Assembly (NCBI GenBank): GCA_012295275.1 | Contig: CM022671.1 | Location: 6,076,001 to 6,140,000 of the forward strand | DNA: 64,000 bases | Origin: Chrysomallon squamiferum | Taxonomy: Eukaryota > Animalia > Mollusca | Reading direction: 5' to 3' | Shown here: positions 1 to 13,672 of the stretch, one piece after another | Layout of the letters: the number at the start of each line of letters is the position of its first letter | Numbering within the stretch: the first letter of the stretch is position 1 | Program-made: the position numbers and the translations under genes | The notes under the pieces: model-generated | Database searches by the model: none | What the model saw: the letters and a program-made list of their open reading frames with translations, nothing else | Told to the model about the DNA's origin: nothing

Positions 1-1816
1 GTTAAAGAACTGCAATTGTTTTATAGCTAAATGAAAAGAAGAAGAAAGAAATTAACTGAGGAGAGATGATTTCAAACGGTTTGATGTTGAACTGTGACAA
101 TTGGTTTTAAAGCATCAAAGTGAATTTTTCACTTTATAACTTTTTTTTTTTTTTTATCCTCGTTTCCATGACGAATTTACAAAGACAAAGATAAAACTTC
201 ACAATCTGACGTTTATCTGACAAAATAAAATATGTCAGATAGTTTATATCTATTTGTCAGCCTCCCTATCTGTCTCTCTGTCTCTCTGTTTGTCTGTTTT
301 TCTGTCTGTCTCTCTGTTTATCTAACTCGATTGATATATATATCGACCAATCTGTTTATCTCTCAGTCTGTCGGTCTGTCTATCTATCTATCTATCTTTC
401 TATCTATCTGTCTGTCCGTTTGTCTGTCTGTTTGTCTGTCTGTTTGTCTTACTGTCTGTTAGTCTGTGTGTTTATTTAGAGTGTTGGTCTATTTACCTAA
501 CCGTCTGTCTCTTTATGTCTTCCTATTCATTTTATTTTATTTACTTATTTAAGTGTTATTTATTATTTTATTTTGTTTTATTTTATTTTACTTACTTATT
601 TATTTATTTATTTATATTTTTATTTATTTTATTATTTTTATTTATTATTATTATTATTATTTATTTATTATTTGTTTGTTTATTTATTTCATAATAATTT
701 CTTATTTTCTTTGAACCTTCAGATCAATGAAATATTATTAAACATTTAAAATGAAATAATTACCTCGTAATTATTCTTCAACTCAGATTATAAAAAATTC
801 CATGATACATTTTATTTCACTCACAGAATTTACAGTATAATATGTAGAAAATATAAAATATAAATTAATATGTTAAATGACAGACGCTTCTCATAATCGT
901 AATATAAGAATTAAATAATGTTTTGGTTTCCATAGTAACTAAACATGACATTCCTGATATAGAAACAGTTATTACATAGTTATGTTACTTTATCAATGAA
1001 CCCATTATGAAGAAAGTAAATGTGTTAAATAACAAGAAATAAAAAAATAAATAAATAACAAAAAAAAAAAAAAAAATAATAATAATAATAATAATAAAAT
1101 AAAATAAATAAATAAATACAAAAATAAAATAAATAAATAAGAAAAGAAGAAGAAAAAACAAACAAAACAGCTCTCCTAAAAATAAGAACAAAACAAAACA
1201 AATAAATAAAAAAAAATTGAATAATAAAATGAACATGTAAACCTACTGACTTTCTGTCAACATTTTCCCAAATGTTGAAATTTGAAATGTTTAAAAAAAT
1301 AATAATAATAAATAGTCATTGTAAGTACAAAAAAATGTGAAATAAAACAAAAATAAAAACAAAACAAAACAAAGAAACAAATAAAATACTATTGGTAACA
1401 GGAACAATTTTGAATTTACGTTTTAAATTTATTTTATTTTATTTATTTGTTTAACTAATTAAATGATCTTTTTATTTATTTATTCATTTATTTTGTTCTA
1501 AAATGAAATATTCTGTATTCTACAGTTCTAATAATACAAATGAAATCTTTATTATAGAAACAAAAGTCATGGTTCTGCAAAGTTATTACTAAATTTATTT
1601 GTAACTGTTATTGTTGTCATTGTTCTTATTGTTGTTGTTGTTTGTTTTGTTTTGTTTTGCTTAGGTATTGTTGTGGGGTTCTGTTGTTTTTTTGTTTTGT
1701 TTTTTTTGTTGTTAAAGTGTAAGTATATTGCAGACGTTAAGCATGTAGTTCAGTTAATAACGATCTTATATTTAATTATTTATTATTATTATTGTTGTTG
1801 TTGTTGTTTTTTTTAC

Positions 1817-1878
<62 letters not shown>

Positions 1879-2006
1879 TCTCTGAAACTGTATTTCCGGC
1901 TGTCTTAATAAATGTATTTGATATGCTTACAGATGATTTATTTATTTATTTTGTCTTGATAAATTGAATATATGTAGAGAGAAACAGAGAAATATTATAG
2001 TATAGC

Positions 2007-2050
<44 letters not shown>

Positions 2051-2118
2051 TGTTTGCCATTATTAGTTTTGTGTCTTCAAAACAATGATAAGAAATTCCT
2101 ATTGAAATATGGTATGTA

Positions 2119-2214
<96 letters not shown>

Positions 2215-2761
2215 TTATAACAAAAATTATATTATTTTTTTATTTATTTATCTTTCTTTTAAAAAAAAAATTAATTATTTATTTATTTTCTTTCTTTCTT
2301 TCTTTATTACTGTGGATATTTTGTATTTGTTTAATTGTATTCCTCATAACAATTACTAATTTCACTTTATTTTTTATATTTTATTAAGTTATTTAATTTT
2401 GAATTGTACAATGAATACAGGATGCAATATTTAAGAAACAATAATGTCCTAGTGAATAATAATAATAATCATGACAATAAGAAGACAGCAACAACAAAAA
2501 ATAATAACAAAATAACAATAAAAAATAATAATGGCGAACACAATAGCAGCCAAAACAACAACAACACCATCAACAATAACAACAATGACAACAAAAACAA
2601 CAACAATAATAATACATTTTTCAACATAAAACTGTTTAAAGTTTAGCTGTGATATTATTGTTTGTAACTGATAAGAAATTAAATTATTAAAATATTATTC
2701 AAGCATACAGTCAGTTTTCTAACCTTCTTAAAAACTTGTTATTCTCTGTATCTACAAACAT

Positions 2762-2793
<32 letters not shown>

Positions 2794-3222
2794 TACATAT
2801 ATACATATATACATACATAGATAGATACATACATATATACATACATTAATTAATTAATTAAAAACAAGCAACAACGGAATGTCACCAAAAGCAAAAATAA
2901 AATATTCGATAAAATCTAAAACAAATCAATATTCCTCATATATTGTAATTGATAACAAACAAACAAACAAACAAATAAATAAGTAATGAGTACACTTCTG
3001 TACTAGATATATTATGAATAAATAACAATAATTAAAATAAAATAATCTAAACAAACTAAAAATAAAATTGAAGCCTCGTATACATCTGTCTATCTGTTTG
3101 TGTATCCATTTATCAGTATCTTTATCTCTATCTATCTATCTATCTATCCATCCATCCTTCCATCCAACCATCCATCTATCCATCCATCCATCTATCAATA
3201 TATCTATCTAGCTATATATCTA

Positions 3223-3256
<34 letters not shown>

Positions 3257-3768
3257 AATCTCTATCTTCAAAATTTCTGTTCATTTTCCGATATCATAAA
3301 AATAACGAACAACTAGTGTTCATTTTGCTATAATATCGATTAAGCAAATAATAATAATAACAACAACAACAACAACAACAACAGTAACAACAACAACAAC
3401 AATAATAATGATAATAATAATAATAGTAACAATAACAACAACGATAATAATAATATCAATAACAGTAACAAACAATAACAATAACAATAACAATAACAAT
3501 AATAACAATAACAATTATAACAGTCATAATAATAATAATAATAATAATCGCAACGGAAGAAGAAGAAGAAGAAGAAGAAGAAGAAGAAGAAGAAGAAAAG
3601 AGAAAAAAGGAATTTAAAAAGAAATTCTACTTTTTCCGATGTAATATCTTGAAAAATAAATATCTCAGAGAAAACATTACAATTGTTAGTATTAAAAATA
3701 ATTTTAGATCGTTTGGGTCTTAAGTTAGATAGAGTTAGAAACGCAATTTGTGTTCAGGGTACTTACTT

Positions 3769-3810
<42 letters not shown>

Positions 3811-3921
3811 CAAACAACAACAAGAAAAAAAAATCCTGCACCAATAAACAAAACAACAAAAGTACAAGCAGAAAACTAAGAAACCGTTATCAGTATAGTT
3901 TATATATATATATATATACAC

Positions 3922-3953
3922 ACGATAATATATATATATATATATATTATCGT
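3922..3953. repeat. Perfect 32-bp palindrome centred on (TA)n
   Basis: ACGATAAT(AT)nATTATCGT is self-complementary across 3922-3953. Confidence 0.85.
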
Positions 3954-4132
3954 TGATTCTGTTGTTGTTACTGTTTGTTGTTTTGTATTTTTGTCTTTTT
4001 TTAAAAATTTATTGTTATTGTCGTTATCATTATTAACATCATTAAAAAAGTGGCATTATCTTAATATATTATTTTCGCTCTCTCTATCTCTCGATTTCGT
4101 TATATATAGATGTAAGTGTATGTAAAAAATTG

Positions 4133-4756
4133 TTATATATTAAACAAAAAATCTATTATTTATTATAATAAGGCACGTAAAGGAAATGTGATAGATGCTT
4201 TCAACAAAAGCAAGTGAAAAGAGAAAGTTTTTGAAAAATAACTACATTAACAAAGAAAAAATCAAAGAATAAAATAACAAACAACTTTGTGTATGAGTAT
4301 ATTCAAGCATACATATACATACACACATACATACATATAAACACACACACACATATATATTTTCTTATATATGTGTTTATATGTATGTGTGTATGTATAT
4401 GTATGCATCTGTCTGTCTCTCTCTATATACTCTCTGAGTATATTCATGCATACATATACATACACACATACATATAAACATACACACATATAAACACATA
4501 CATATAAACACACACACATATATGTGTGTGTGTGTGTGTTTATATGGATATGTTTATATATATGTGTGTATGTATATGTATGCATGTATATACTCATACA
4601 CAAAGTTGTTTGTTATTTTATTCTTTGAGTTTTTCTTTGTTAATGTAATTATTTTTCAAAAACCTTCTCTTTTCCCTTGCTTTTGTTGAAAGCATCTATC
4701 ACATTTCCTATACGAGTCTTATTATAATAAATATATGATTCTTGTTTAATATATAA
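4133..4756. repeat. Long inverted repeat (~200-bp arms) around a CA/TA microsatellite spacer
   Basis: 4133-4330 is the reverse complement of ~4560-4756 with scattered mismatches (e.g. AGGAAATGTGATAGATGCTTTCAACAAAAGCAAG / CTTGCTTTTGTTGAAAGCATCTATCACATTTCCT). Confidence 0.92.
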
Positions 4757-4967
4757 AATAAAATTTATATTAGTAACTACTTGTATTGTAAGACAACTGT
4801 TACATTGTTTAAATTTAAATAAATAAATAAATAAATAAATAAAAGTTTAATAAAAATACATTTAAAAATCATCTCTGTCTTAAACACAAACAAAAAAAAG
4901 TTAAAAAAATAAAATTTAAAGACCATAAAGAATAATAAAAATAAATAATAACGAATAAATAAAATAA

Positions 4968-5044
<77 letters not shown>

Positions 5045-5205
5045 TAAATAATAATAAAAACACCACAAAACAGTAGCAAATAAGAAAGAATTACAGAAAA
5101 AAGAAGAGATAAAATCAATGTTTCATTGATTAATTTCGTTCTTTCTGGTTTTCTTTTTAATCTCTTTTATTCATTTCTTTTTCTCTTTTATTTCGTTTAA
5201 TCTTT

Positions 5206-5240
<35 letters not shown>

Positions 5241-5924
5241 TAATTTTTATTTATTTATATATTTATTTTTATTGTTGTTATAATTTTTAATCTTGAGCCA
5301 CAATGAAACCTATATTCGAACTACAAGTACTAGCACAGTACTTTAAAACTTTCACATGAACAGATCATTTTTGTGTCGGTAAGTTAATATCAACAGAATT
5401 CGTCTGTTAAAAACAAGTGTAATTTATGACTGACTTTGAAACTGTTTATTTTGTATACTCATACGTTATTGTTTTATTACTTGTGGCTCAATTTATAATA
5501 AAACATTAAATTATAAATCGAAAATTTCAAACGAGTGTCAACTTCTGTAAAAAAAAAAAAAAAATGATTATGAAATAAAAACATTTTCTGAAAAAATAAA
5601 ATAAAATAAAATAAAATAAATAAATGAAGAAAAAATAAAATAAAATAAAATAAAATAAATAGGTATATATAGACAGACGGATATAAAGATAGACAGATAA
5701 AAAGATATATAGAGAGACAAACAGATGTATAGATATATAAATATACACATAGGCGGTGAGACAGACGTGTAGACAGACAGACAGATGCTTATCATGATAA
5801 ATTGGCTTTCTAATTTAATTTTGGCTTTCACTTCAGTTTCAGTTTGTTATCGTATATCAATTAATACAGCTCAAATGGTCATGTTTTGTATCGTAATATT
5901 TTACGATAAAAGTCATCGTTCTTT

Positions 5925-5960
<36 letters not shown>

Positions 5961-7123
5961 TTATTTTTATTTTCTTTATGCCAAATAAATTACATTCTGG
6001 AGTTAGTATTACAATAACAACCAACAGCAATAAATTGCCAAACTCGCCAAACTGAAATACTTCCTTTGCACGATGGAATGATGATATATATTTTTTTTTT
6101 CCCAAAATTAACGATGTCTGACGCTTTCAGAAGCATTCTAGTTTTTATTAACGAGTTATAAAAATAGACACAACAACATATTGCAATACATTCAGTCGTG
6201 CAATTTACTAATAAATGTTTTTGTATCGGCTGTTTTATATTAACAGCTTATTAAAGTTTATATAACTGGTTGGTTAGATGGGTTATCAACAGTATTTAAT
6301 AACGTAATACGTTTATCATGCTAAAAAGTGAGGATCAACTTTGCTGATAAAAAAAAATATATATATAAATAAAATTAATAATAAATAAATAAAAAGAAAA
6401 AATAAACGTTAAAGAGAATAGAAAAGAAAGAAAGAAAGAAAGGAAAATTTAAAACGCTTATAAATTCTGATTTATAGCATGCTGTCTTGAGCATATTTTA
6501 GAAGCCAACAGTATTCAGTTCTTCCAGTGTGGCCTACTTTCTGTAACACAAAATTATGATGTTGCAATTTCCTTTCCGAAAAATGACTCATTTTGTTGTG
6601 TGTGTTGAACGTTTGGATGTATTCACAGAACCAACGCGAACACTGATGTTACATTTTCTAAAAACCTTATAACTGGTTTTGTTTGATCTTATAATTAACA
6701 TTTAGACTATAGCTTTTGACATAATTAATATTTGACTCTTTTCAGATTCTGATCTCATAGACTTCGACATTTTATTACATTTCATAACCATGATTCCGTA
6801 CAAGGAAATAGTCGCTAAAAAGTTTAGACATTTGTTAGTTACATTTTAAATAGATTTAGATCGCTCTTTAAATAAAGAGATTCAGAAGAGGATGATGTTA
6901 CGAATATCAAGGACACAAATGGTTAAATAATATAAACAAAAACAAAATTTAAAAAATTGTTATAGCATATGATGGTACTGTGTACTGAATGTTTGCAATA
7001 GAACTTATATACTACATTCATTCAGAATTTTATATATATCTACATCTATATATTAGTGATCTAAAAATGTTAATGTATGTTCTATAATACCTTTTATTTT
7101 TAATTTCAAACAAATAACCCTTA

Positions 7124-7149
7124 TAGTAGTAGTAGTAGTAGTAGTAGTA

Positions 7150-7183
<34 letters not shown>

Positions 7184-7203
7184 TGATGATGATGATGATG
7201 ATG

Positions 7204-7245
<42 letters not shown>
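7124..7245. repeat. Compound trinucleotide microsatellite (AGT)n(AAT)n(GAT)n(AAT)n
   Basis: In-phase motif switches visible directly. Confidence 0.95.
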
Positions 7246-7248
<3 letters not shown>

Positions 7249-7970
7249 GGTTCTATGAGACCCTGTGTGATTATTGCTGTATATATAAAAAAACTAGGCC
7301 AGCCCTGGAGTGTTAATAACGACATCTTATCTCGAAGTTACCGATGTGTATTCAGTGTAAATATTTCAGATAATTACACGAGATAAACGCGCATCCCTGT
7401 AACAGCCGGCATTTTAGCGACTCTAACGGCTAAAACATGTTTACGTAACCTCGATAAGCGATATACTACTTTTAGCTCAAACTTCGTACCGGATTGTTTT
7501 TATCTAAGCCGAGAAAGGTCGGATTACATTTCACTTCGTTCAGAAATACGCTCAGAGCAGACGTGTCGTTGCTTAGCAACGACCTACTTCTCGCGTAGGT
7601 CACACACCTATGGACAGAGGATCGAAATGACTCGCTATCAGCTGAAAAGAGTTTTTGGTACAAATCTTTGTTGAATTTGATAGGAGTTTTAGTTATTATG
7701 TTACAAAGCGAACCGTACCACCGGATATAAAGTAGACGTATGACCTCCATGTTATTCGTGCGTGTAAAAGCGATAGCTACAGTTCTTTTTATAGAAAATA
7801 TTTAATTCGTGCTTTTTAAAGTGGTGGTGGGAGGGATGGGATGTACCTTGTACATTGAACCGTAGAGTCGATTTATTTATCTGTTTATTCTGCTGAAGAT
7901 GATAAGTCACAATGTTTTCTTTTTCTTTATACCTTTTGCATAAATAATAGTAATATCAGTATATATATAT

Positions 7971-8060
7971 GGCTTAGGGAATATTATAGTCTGGAAATAT
8001 AATCAAATAAGAAAAGTTTAAATGAAGACGAAAAAAAAAACCAATATATATATTGTTAGT

Positions 8061-8102
<42 letters not shown>

Positions 8103-8168
8103 GTTTTTTTCGTCTTCATTTAAACTTCTTATTTCATTATATTTCCAGACTATAATATTCCCTACGCC
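7971..8168. repeat. Near-perfect inverted repeat (~80-bp arms) centred on (TA)n
   Basis: TAGGGAATATTATAGTCTGGAAATATAAT...GTTTAAATGAAGACGAAAAAAA pairs with TTTTTTTCGTCTTCATTTAAAC...ATTATATTTCCAGACTATAATATTCCCTA. Confidence 0.93.
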
Positions 8169-8567
8169 ATTTTGCATTACCTTAGCAACCTAACGATATG
8201 GAATTATTGATTCAAATATGAGTTTAATTCCGATATATGTAATTTCAGTAACAAATAAATAATTAATCATGTGAATTCTGTGGCAGTCTCAGTTTCTGTT
8301 CACACTATATATATAACTGCATTCCGTGCAGTGTGTGAATTACAGAATTCTGACAAAAGATTGTATAATGTCTGGGCATGACACATGACTGTGACGTCCA
8401 GTGTGATATCTGGTACTTCAACACTCGATTATCTAGAACAAAAATATCTTCAACACTGTCAGTAAACACGCAGAGGCATGTTTAATGATTAAAAACAAAT
8501 CATAATCTGAGTGAGATCTTTTAATTTTATTTTCTATTTTTATTATTATATATTACTACGCACATAC

Positions 8568-8570
<3 letters not shown>

Positions 8571-8643
<73 letters not shown>
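8571..8643. repeat. (CT)n microsatellite
   Basis: Pure dinucleotide tract. Confidence 0.97.
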
Positions 8644-8648
<5 letters not shown>

Positions 8649-9087
8649 AGAAACAAAGTAACGAGAACAATAGTAGTTTGTAGAAGGACTGGTAATAGTA
8701 ATAGTAGTAGTAATAAAACAATAAACACTGTATTTCAAAGTTACTTGTACCAGTTATTTAACTTTAATTCTTACCACTGTATATATCGTTTTCAACAAAA
8801 TCCCCATATTCAAGCTTGACAGGATATAACATAATTAAAGAATTCGTCTACACAGGGTAAGAAATTTATCTGTTACGTATTGAAAACTGAGTAGGTACAT
8901 CCGCTGCTGACAAATGAAATATGATATATTTTTTTCATGCGCATTCTTAATATTAACAAGCTGGACTGTTACAGTTTTTAAACCACGCACGCACGCACAC
9001 ACACAAGACACACTATTTATTTATTTTTCTTATTATTACCCATATTATGATTATGATTATGATTACTATTATTATTATTATTATTAT

Positions 9088-9125
<38 letters not shown>

Positions 9126-9708
9126 TTTAGAACTCAAATATCAACGTAATACATTCATAACCGGGGATAAACATGGATAAAAGGATACACAACACACTAA
9201 GAAAGAAGCTAAGCAAAAGAAAAGACATCGTGACTTGTATTTGCCAACAACTGGAACGTGACGTCAAATAAAATGGGAGATGTAACATGATGACTGTACG
9301 TACATTATGACAACGTTCCGCTTGGAAAAGTAGGAATTTCAGCCGTGATAAACAAAATGTTTTCTTTTTTTTCTTCTTCTTTTTGTAAAGCCTTCCGTGC
9401 AAGAATCGGAGAGAGCAAAGATTACCTCGCGTCTGATTATGTTTTTCAGCAGTAACGGTAGCACTGATACTAGCAACAATGGCGGTGACAGAAATACCAG
9501 TAGCAGTAGACGCAGTACTGAAGTAGTCGTAGTAAAACAGCAATAATAAAAGTAAAATACTAGTAATATCGTTATTACTTTTAATAATAGTTTTAAGTAG
9601 TAAGTAGATGTGTTAAGCTGAATTTATTTATTTATTTATTTTATTTTATTTTATTTTATTTCACTTTACTATGTTTTTTGTTTTGTTATAAAATGTAATG
9701 ACTGCATT

Positions 9709-9739
<31 letters not shown>

Positions 9740-12700
9740 TTTACTAAATGCTAAAACATAATAATTTTGATCATTTTATTCTTTATTATTATTAAGGGAA
9801 TGCTTTTTTTTTTTACAAAAAAAACACTGCATAATGGCTACTTGCAGCATGCATACAGTGTTTTACATTTCAGTGCTCAAAGTTCACCGTGTTTTTAACT
9901 CGTTGGCAGGTGTAGAGGTCAGACTTTGATGGTCTTATCAGAATAATCTGACTCCACAAGTGTCTTTACGATTGACTGACATTAAGTAATGGACAAGATT
10001 ATGACTCAAGCCATATACTTGTTTATCTGAGAACAGACGCGATTTTGATCGTGCATAGGGTTAATGTGGTAACACAGAATATATCAGCTAAACAGCTGAA
10101 CGCGGCTTCTCGAGTTAAATAGACTGGAACATTATTTTATTTGCCAACTTTTATAACTTGTAGGTAATAAAGTACCGTGTGTAAGAAACGAAATGAAATG
10201 TTTAACCTTTTTTTTACCTGTAAGAAGTAGCTTAATTTCACTAAAACCGTAAGACTTAACAAGAACAAGTTTTTCGTCGAGATAACGTTAAAGTTTTACA
10301 TTTTACGATTTCTTGAATAGTCAGTATAGGAAATATGTATTTTTTTCTTTTACTAAATGTTTTCTTTGTTTTATGGCAGAAAATGAAAAATTAACACCAA
10401 ATCTGTGAAACGGGATTTATAATACTGTTAGTTCTTTATCTTCTGTTTATGTGCTTTTAAGCTTTTAAAAATATATGTTATTTTTGCGACCGTTAGAGCA
10501 TTAGATACAGACTAATTTATTAAGGATAACATTTCTAGTAATTATTTCTTTAGTGTTTTTAATTACCCTACTACTGAATACATATTGTAACGTGATGTAA
10601 TAACACTATGACGTCACATACGAAACCAGTATAAAGGTAATGCAAATGTATGCTGAATATTATATACTGTATTAAATTACTCGAATAGAATTTTATTTTA
10701 GCTTCAATATAATGGCCAACGTCGTTTCATTGTTATAGAACATTGAAAGAATTGAAAAGCATTAAATAAATAACTAAAACTGGTTTATCAAAAATGTTTA
10801 TTTAAAATAATAACATATATATATACAAGTCGTATTTCGCGTTTCAGAAAGTGTAGAAATTGAAGTGATGTGTCATATGGGCAGATAAAAGGTTAATGAT
10901 ACTCAAGCACGTCGTTAATGTTATAGGTTTACTTCTCTGCATCAGCGATTAACTAGTTCAGAATCTTCAATAAATTTCAATCGTGCTTATTCACTTCAGG
11001 TTATTTTGTGTTTCTGTTTATACTCTCTATAAAAAAAAAAAAAAAAAAAAAATCTGGAATCCAAGCTTCGAATTTACTTTTTTCTTGGAAACGACATTTT
11101 ATTTTCAATTTTATACAAGGCAAATTTCGAATATTAGCTCTTAATTGTATTTGTGTTTGTATAGTTATTGAACATCTTTAAAAAAATGAATGATACAATT
11201 TCCACGATCTAATGTGAATTCTGACATCTTGTTCCATTAATGAAACCTGGAAAAGATACCAAACTTATCTAATCAACAGGTTAAAATTTGTGACGACACT
11301 TTGATTATTTAGTGTGCGTGGTAGGTTAGTTTGTGTTGAAGAAAGATTCTTTCGCTCGTCATGTATCAAAAACAAAACAAAACAAATCGGGTGTAGCAAT
11401 GCTTTGCATTTTATTATTCACACATATATTGTACATGATTTACATATGTGACGTAAACGTGACTGTACTAAAAATAACTTTGTGAACATAGACATTGACT
11501 GTAAATATTGTTTACATTTTAACATTTAAGAAAAAGAAAGAAAATCAGCTATAGAATCAATCTATAAGTGGTTTCTCTGTCTATAGTCTATATACAAATA
11601 TACAGGCATTCTTCCAACACTGATTATATAGTATTAATTTGGTCTTCACCATGAATGAAACCTTCACCAAACATCCGTGAACAGCCTTCGTTGACTGGCA
11701 CCAAGTCTCCGACCTGTCTCATACAAGATTAAAACACTTTCTGAAAATGTAATACACATGAACATGCTCAAATAACAGAGCTCATGTCGGGACAGGGTAT
11801 GTGTATGTGTGAAATCTGTTTAGACTTCACTTGCACACTGAACCGGACTTAAAACTAACAAACGTATGTTTGCAAACAAATAGTTAATGTCGGACCACAA
11901 CCGAACACAATAAGCTGATATTCGTGTCGTTACCACTGGTAAGAAACATAGCTTTGTAAGTTAGAGCCGAATAGTAATAGAATCTGTTTTGTTGATTGTG
12001 ACAAATACTACTACTACTACTATTATTACTACTACTACTAATAATAATAAAAACAATAATAATAATATAATAATAATTAAAAATCAGAAGAAAACATCAC
12101 TCTGAACACCCCTGGTACTTGTTTGCAAACAAATGTTTGTGTAGTCAAGTTTCTAACACATTCATTCTGGTCGCGAGTCTTCTTCAGCCTCCTTCAGCCG
12201 ACAGTCGAGTTAAATCATCTTGATACAACAGTAATTATAAAAAATATGTCCGCTCTTTGCACTTCATGTACAGAAGACACATTTATTGTAATTACTTTGT
12301 CAACAACGAAAGTGAACAAAAATATAAATACGTGGTAAATACACACGCATATAAAAAAAACAATAAAATAACAAAAACTTTGATTACAAAATATAAAGTC
12401 AGAAGGTCCTCGCTATTATATTTTCTCTGTGTAGGTCTTTTCACACATACGTCGGCAGCATCTCAGTGAACGTCCTGTCTGTTTCTATTACGTCGTTTTG
12501 GACGGATGAGAATCAGTGTGTAAGCAGTGCGTGAACGCCATGACAGTAATTCTCATTTGTTTTATTGTCTGTACTGTACAATACGGTTATTTATTACACG
12601 TGCTATTATTATTATTTGTAGATAAAACTACAGAATATTTAATATATAACAGAAGTGGTGAAAATAGTGTGTGTCTGGAACGTATCTACGTTATTTACAT

Positions 12701-13627
12701 TAAATCCTGTTTATGCGTTTTTCGTATTCACGGTGCACATTAACGACGACCTTCTCCGAGGACCCCTGTAATACGTTTAGTTATTTGCACACAGAACATG
12801 CCTATACATTTCTTACTTTACAAAAACGTAAACATAATAAACATAATAATAATAATGCAGTCATTTTATAAGAAACAAAAAAAAAAAAAGAACAAAAAAA
12901 AGAGAACGTAGTAAAGGACAACAACAAAAAACTAGAAAACAATCCCCACAAAAATAGTAAAATGTAATGTTATAAAATATACAAAATAGTTAAGTATTAC
13001 AAATAAACAGTGAAATTTAACAGTACAATACTTCCCCCCCAAAACACCCCCACAGAACAAGAAACAAACCCCCCCCCCAAAAAAACCCAATCAAAATAAA
13101 ACAAAACACAAACAAAAGTAGAATAAACATTAAAGAAAGAAAAAAACAATTGTGACGAATTTCGACGTCATCTTCTCATGGGTGGGCTAGGATAAAGCTT
13201 GTCGTACTAACAAAAGATTATGAAGACAAAGTGTGAATAAAAAGAATCTGTTTCTCTTCATTTATTTATTATAATTAAAAAAAAAAAAAAAAATTGAAAA
13301 CATTAAAAAATGAACGAAAAAACAATAAACTTAAAAAATAACACAACTCTAATATAATTATTTAACAAAATATTAACAATCGTCAGTTCCAAAGCAGCTG
13401 GCAGCTGACGATTATTAGAATGATATGGTTACAATAAAAAGGAATTTAATAGAAAACAAGAGAATCAATTCAAGGTGGCATCTGTTGTTTGTGACGTGTT
13501 AATTATCTTTTACACGTAACGTGTCTTTCAGTGGACCCAAACAGGTTATTTATACATAAAAACAAATGATAATAAAAAGACTAGCAAGGAGTATATAAAA
13601 AAAATAAATAAATAAATAAATAAATAA

Positions 13628-13672
<45 letters not shown>

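Larger units (their letters stand above)
250..5980. repeat. Dense field of simple repeats: (TCTG)n, (TTTA)n, (TTA)n, (TA)n, (CATA)n, (TCCA)n, (AAC)n
   Basis: Successive short-period tracts separated by short unique AT-rich spacers. Confidence 0.85.

Noticed and set aside
7472-7750. 92-aa minus-strand ORF in CpG-rich unique sequence
   Set aside because: No recognisable homology or exon boundaries.
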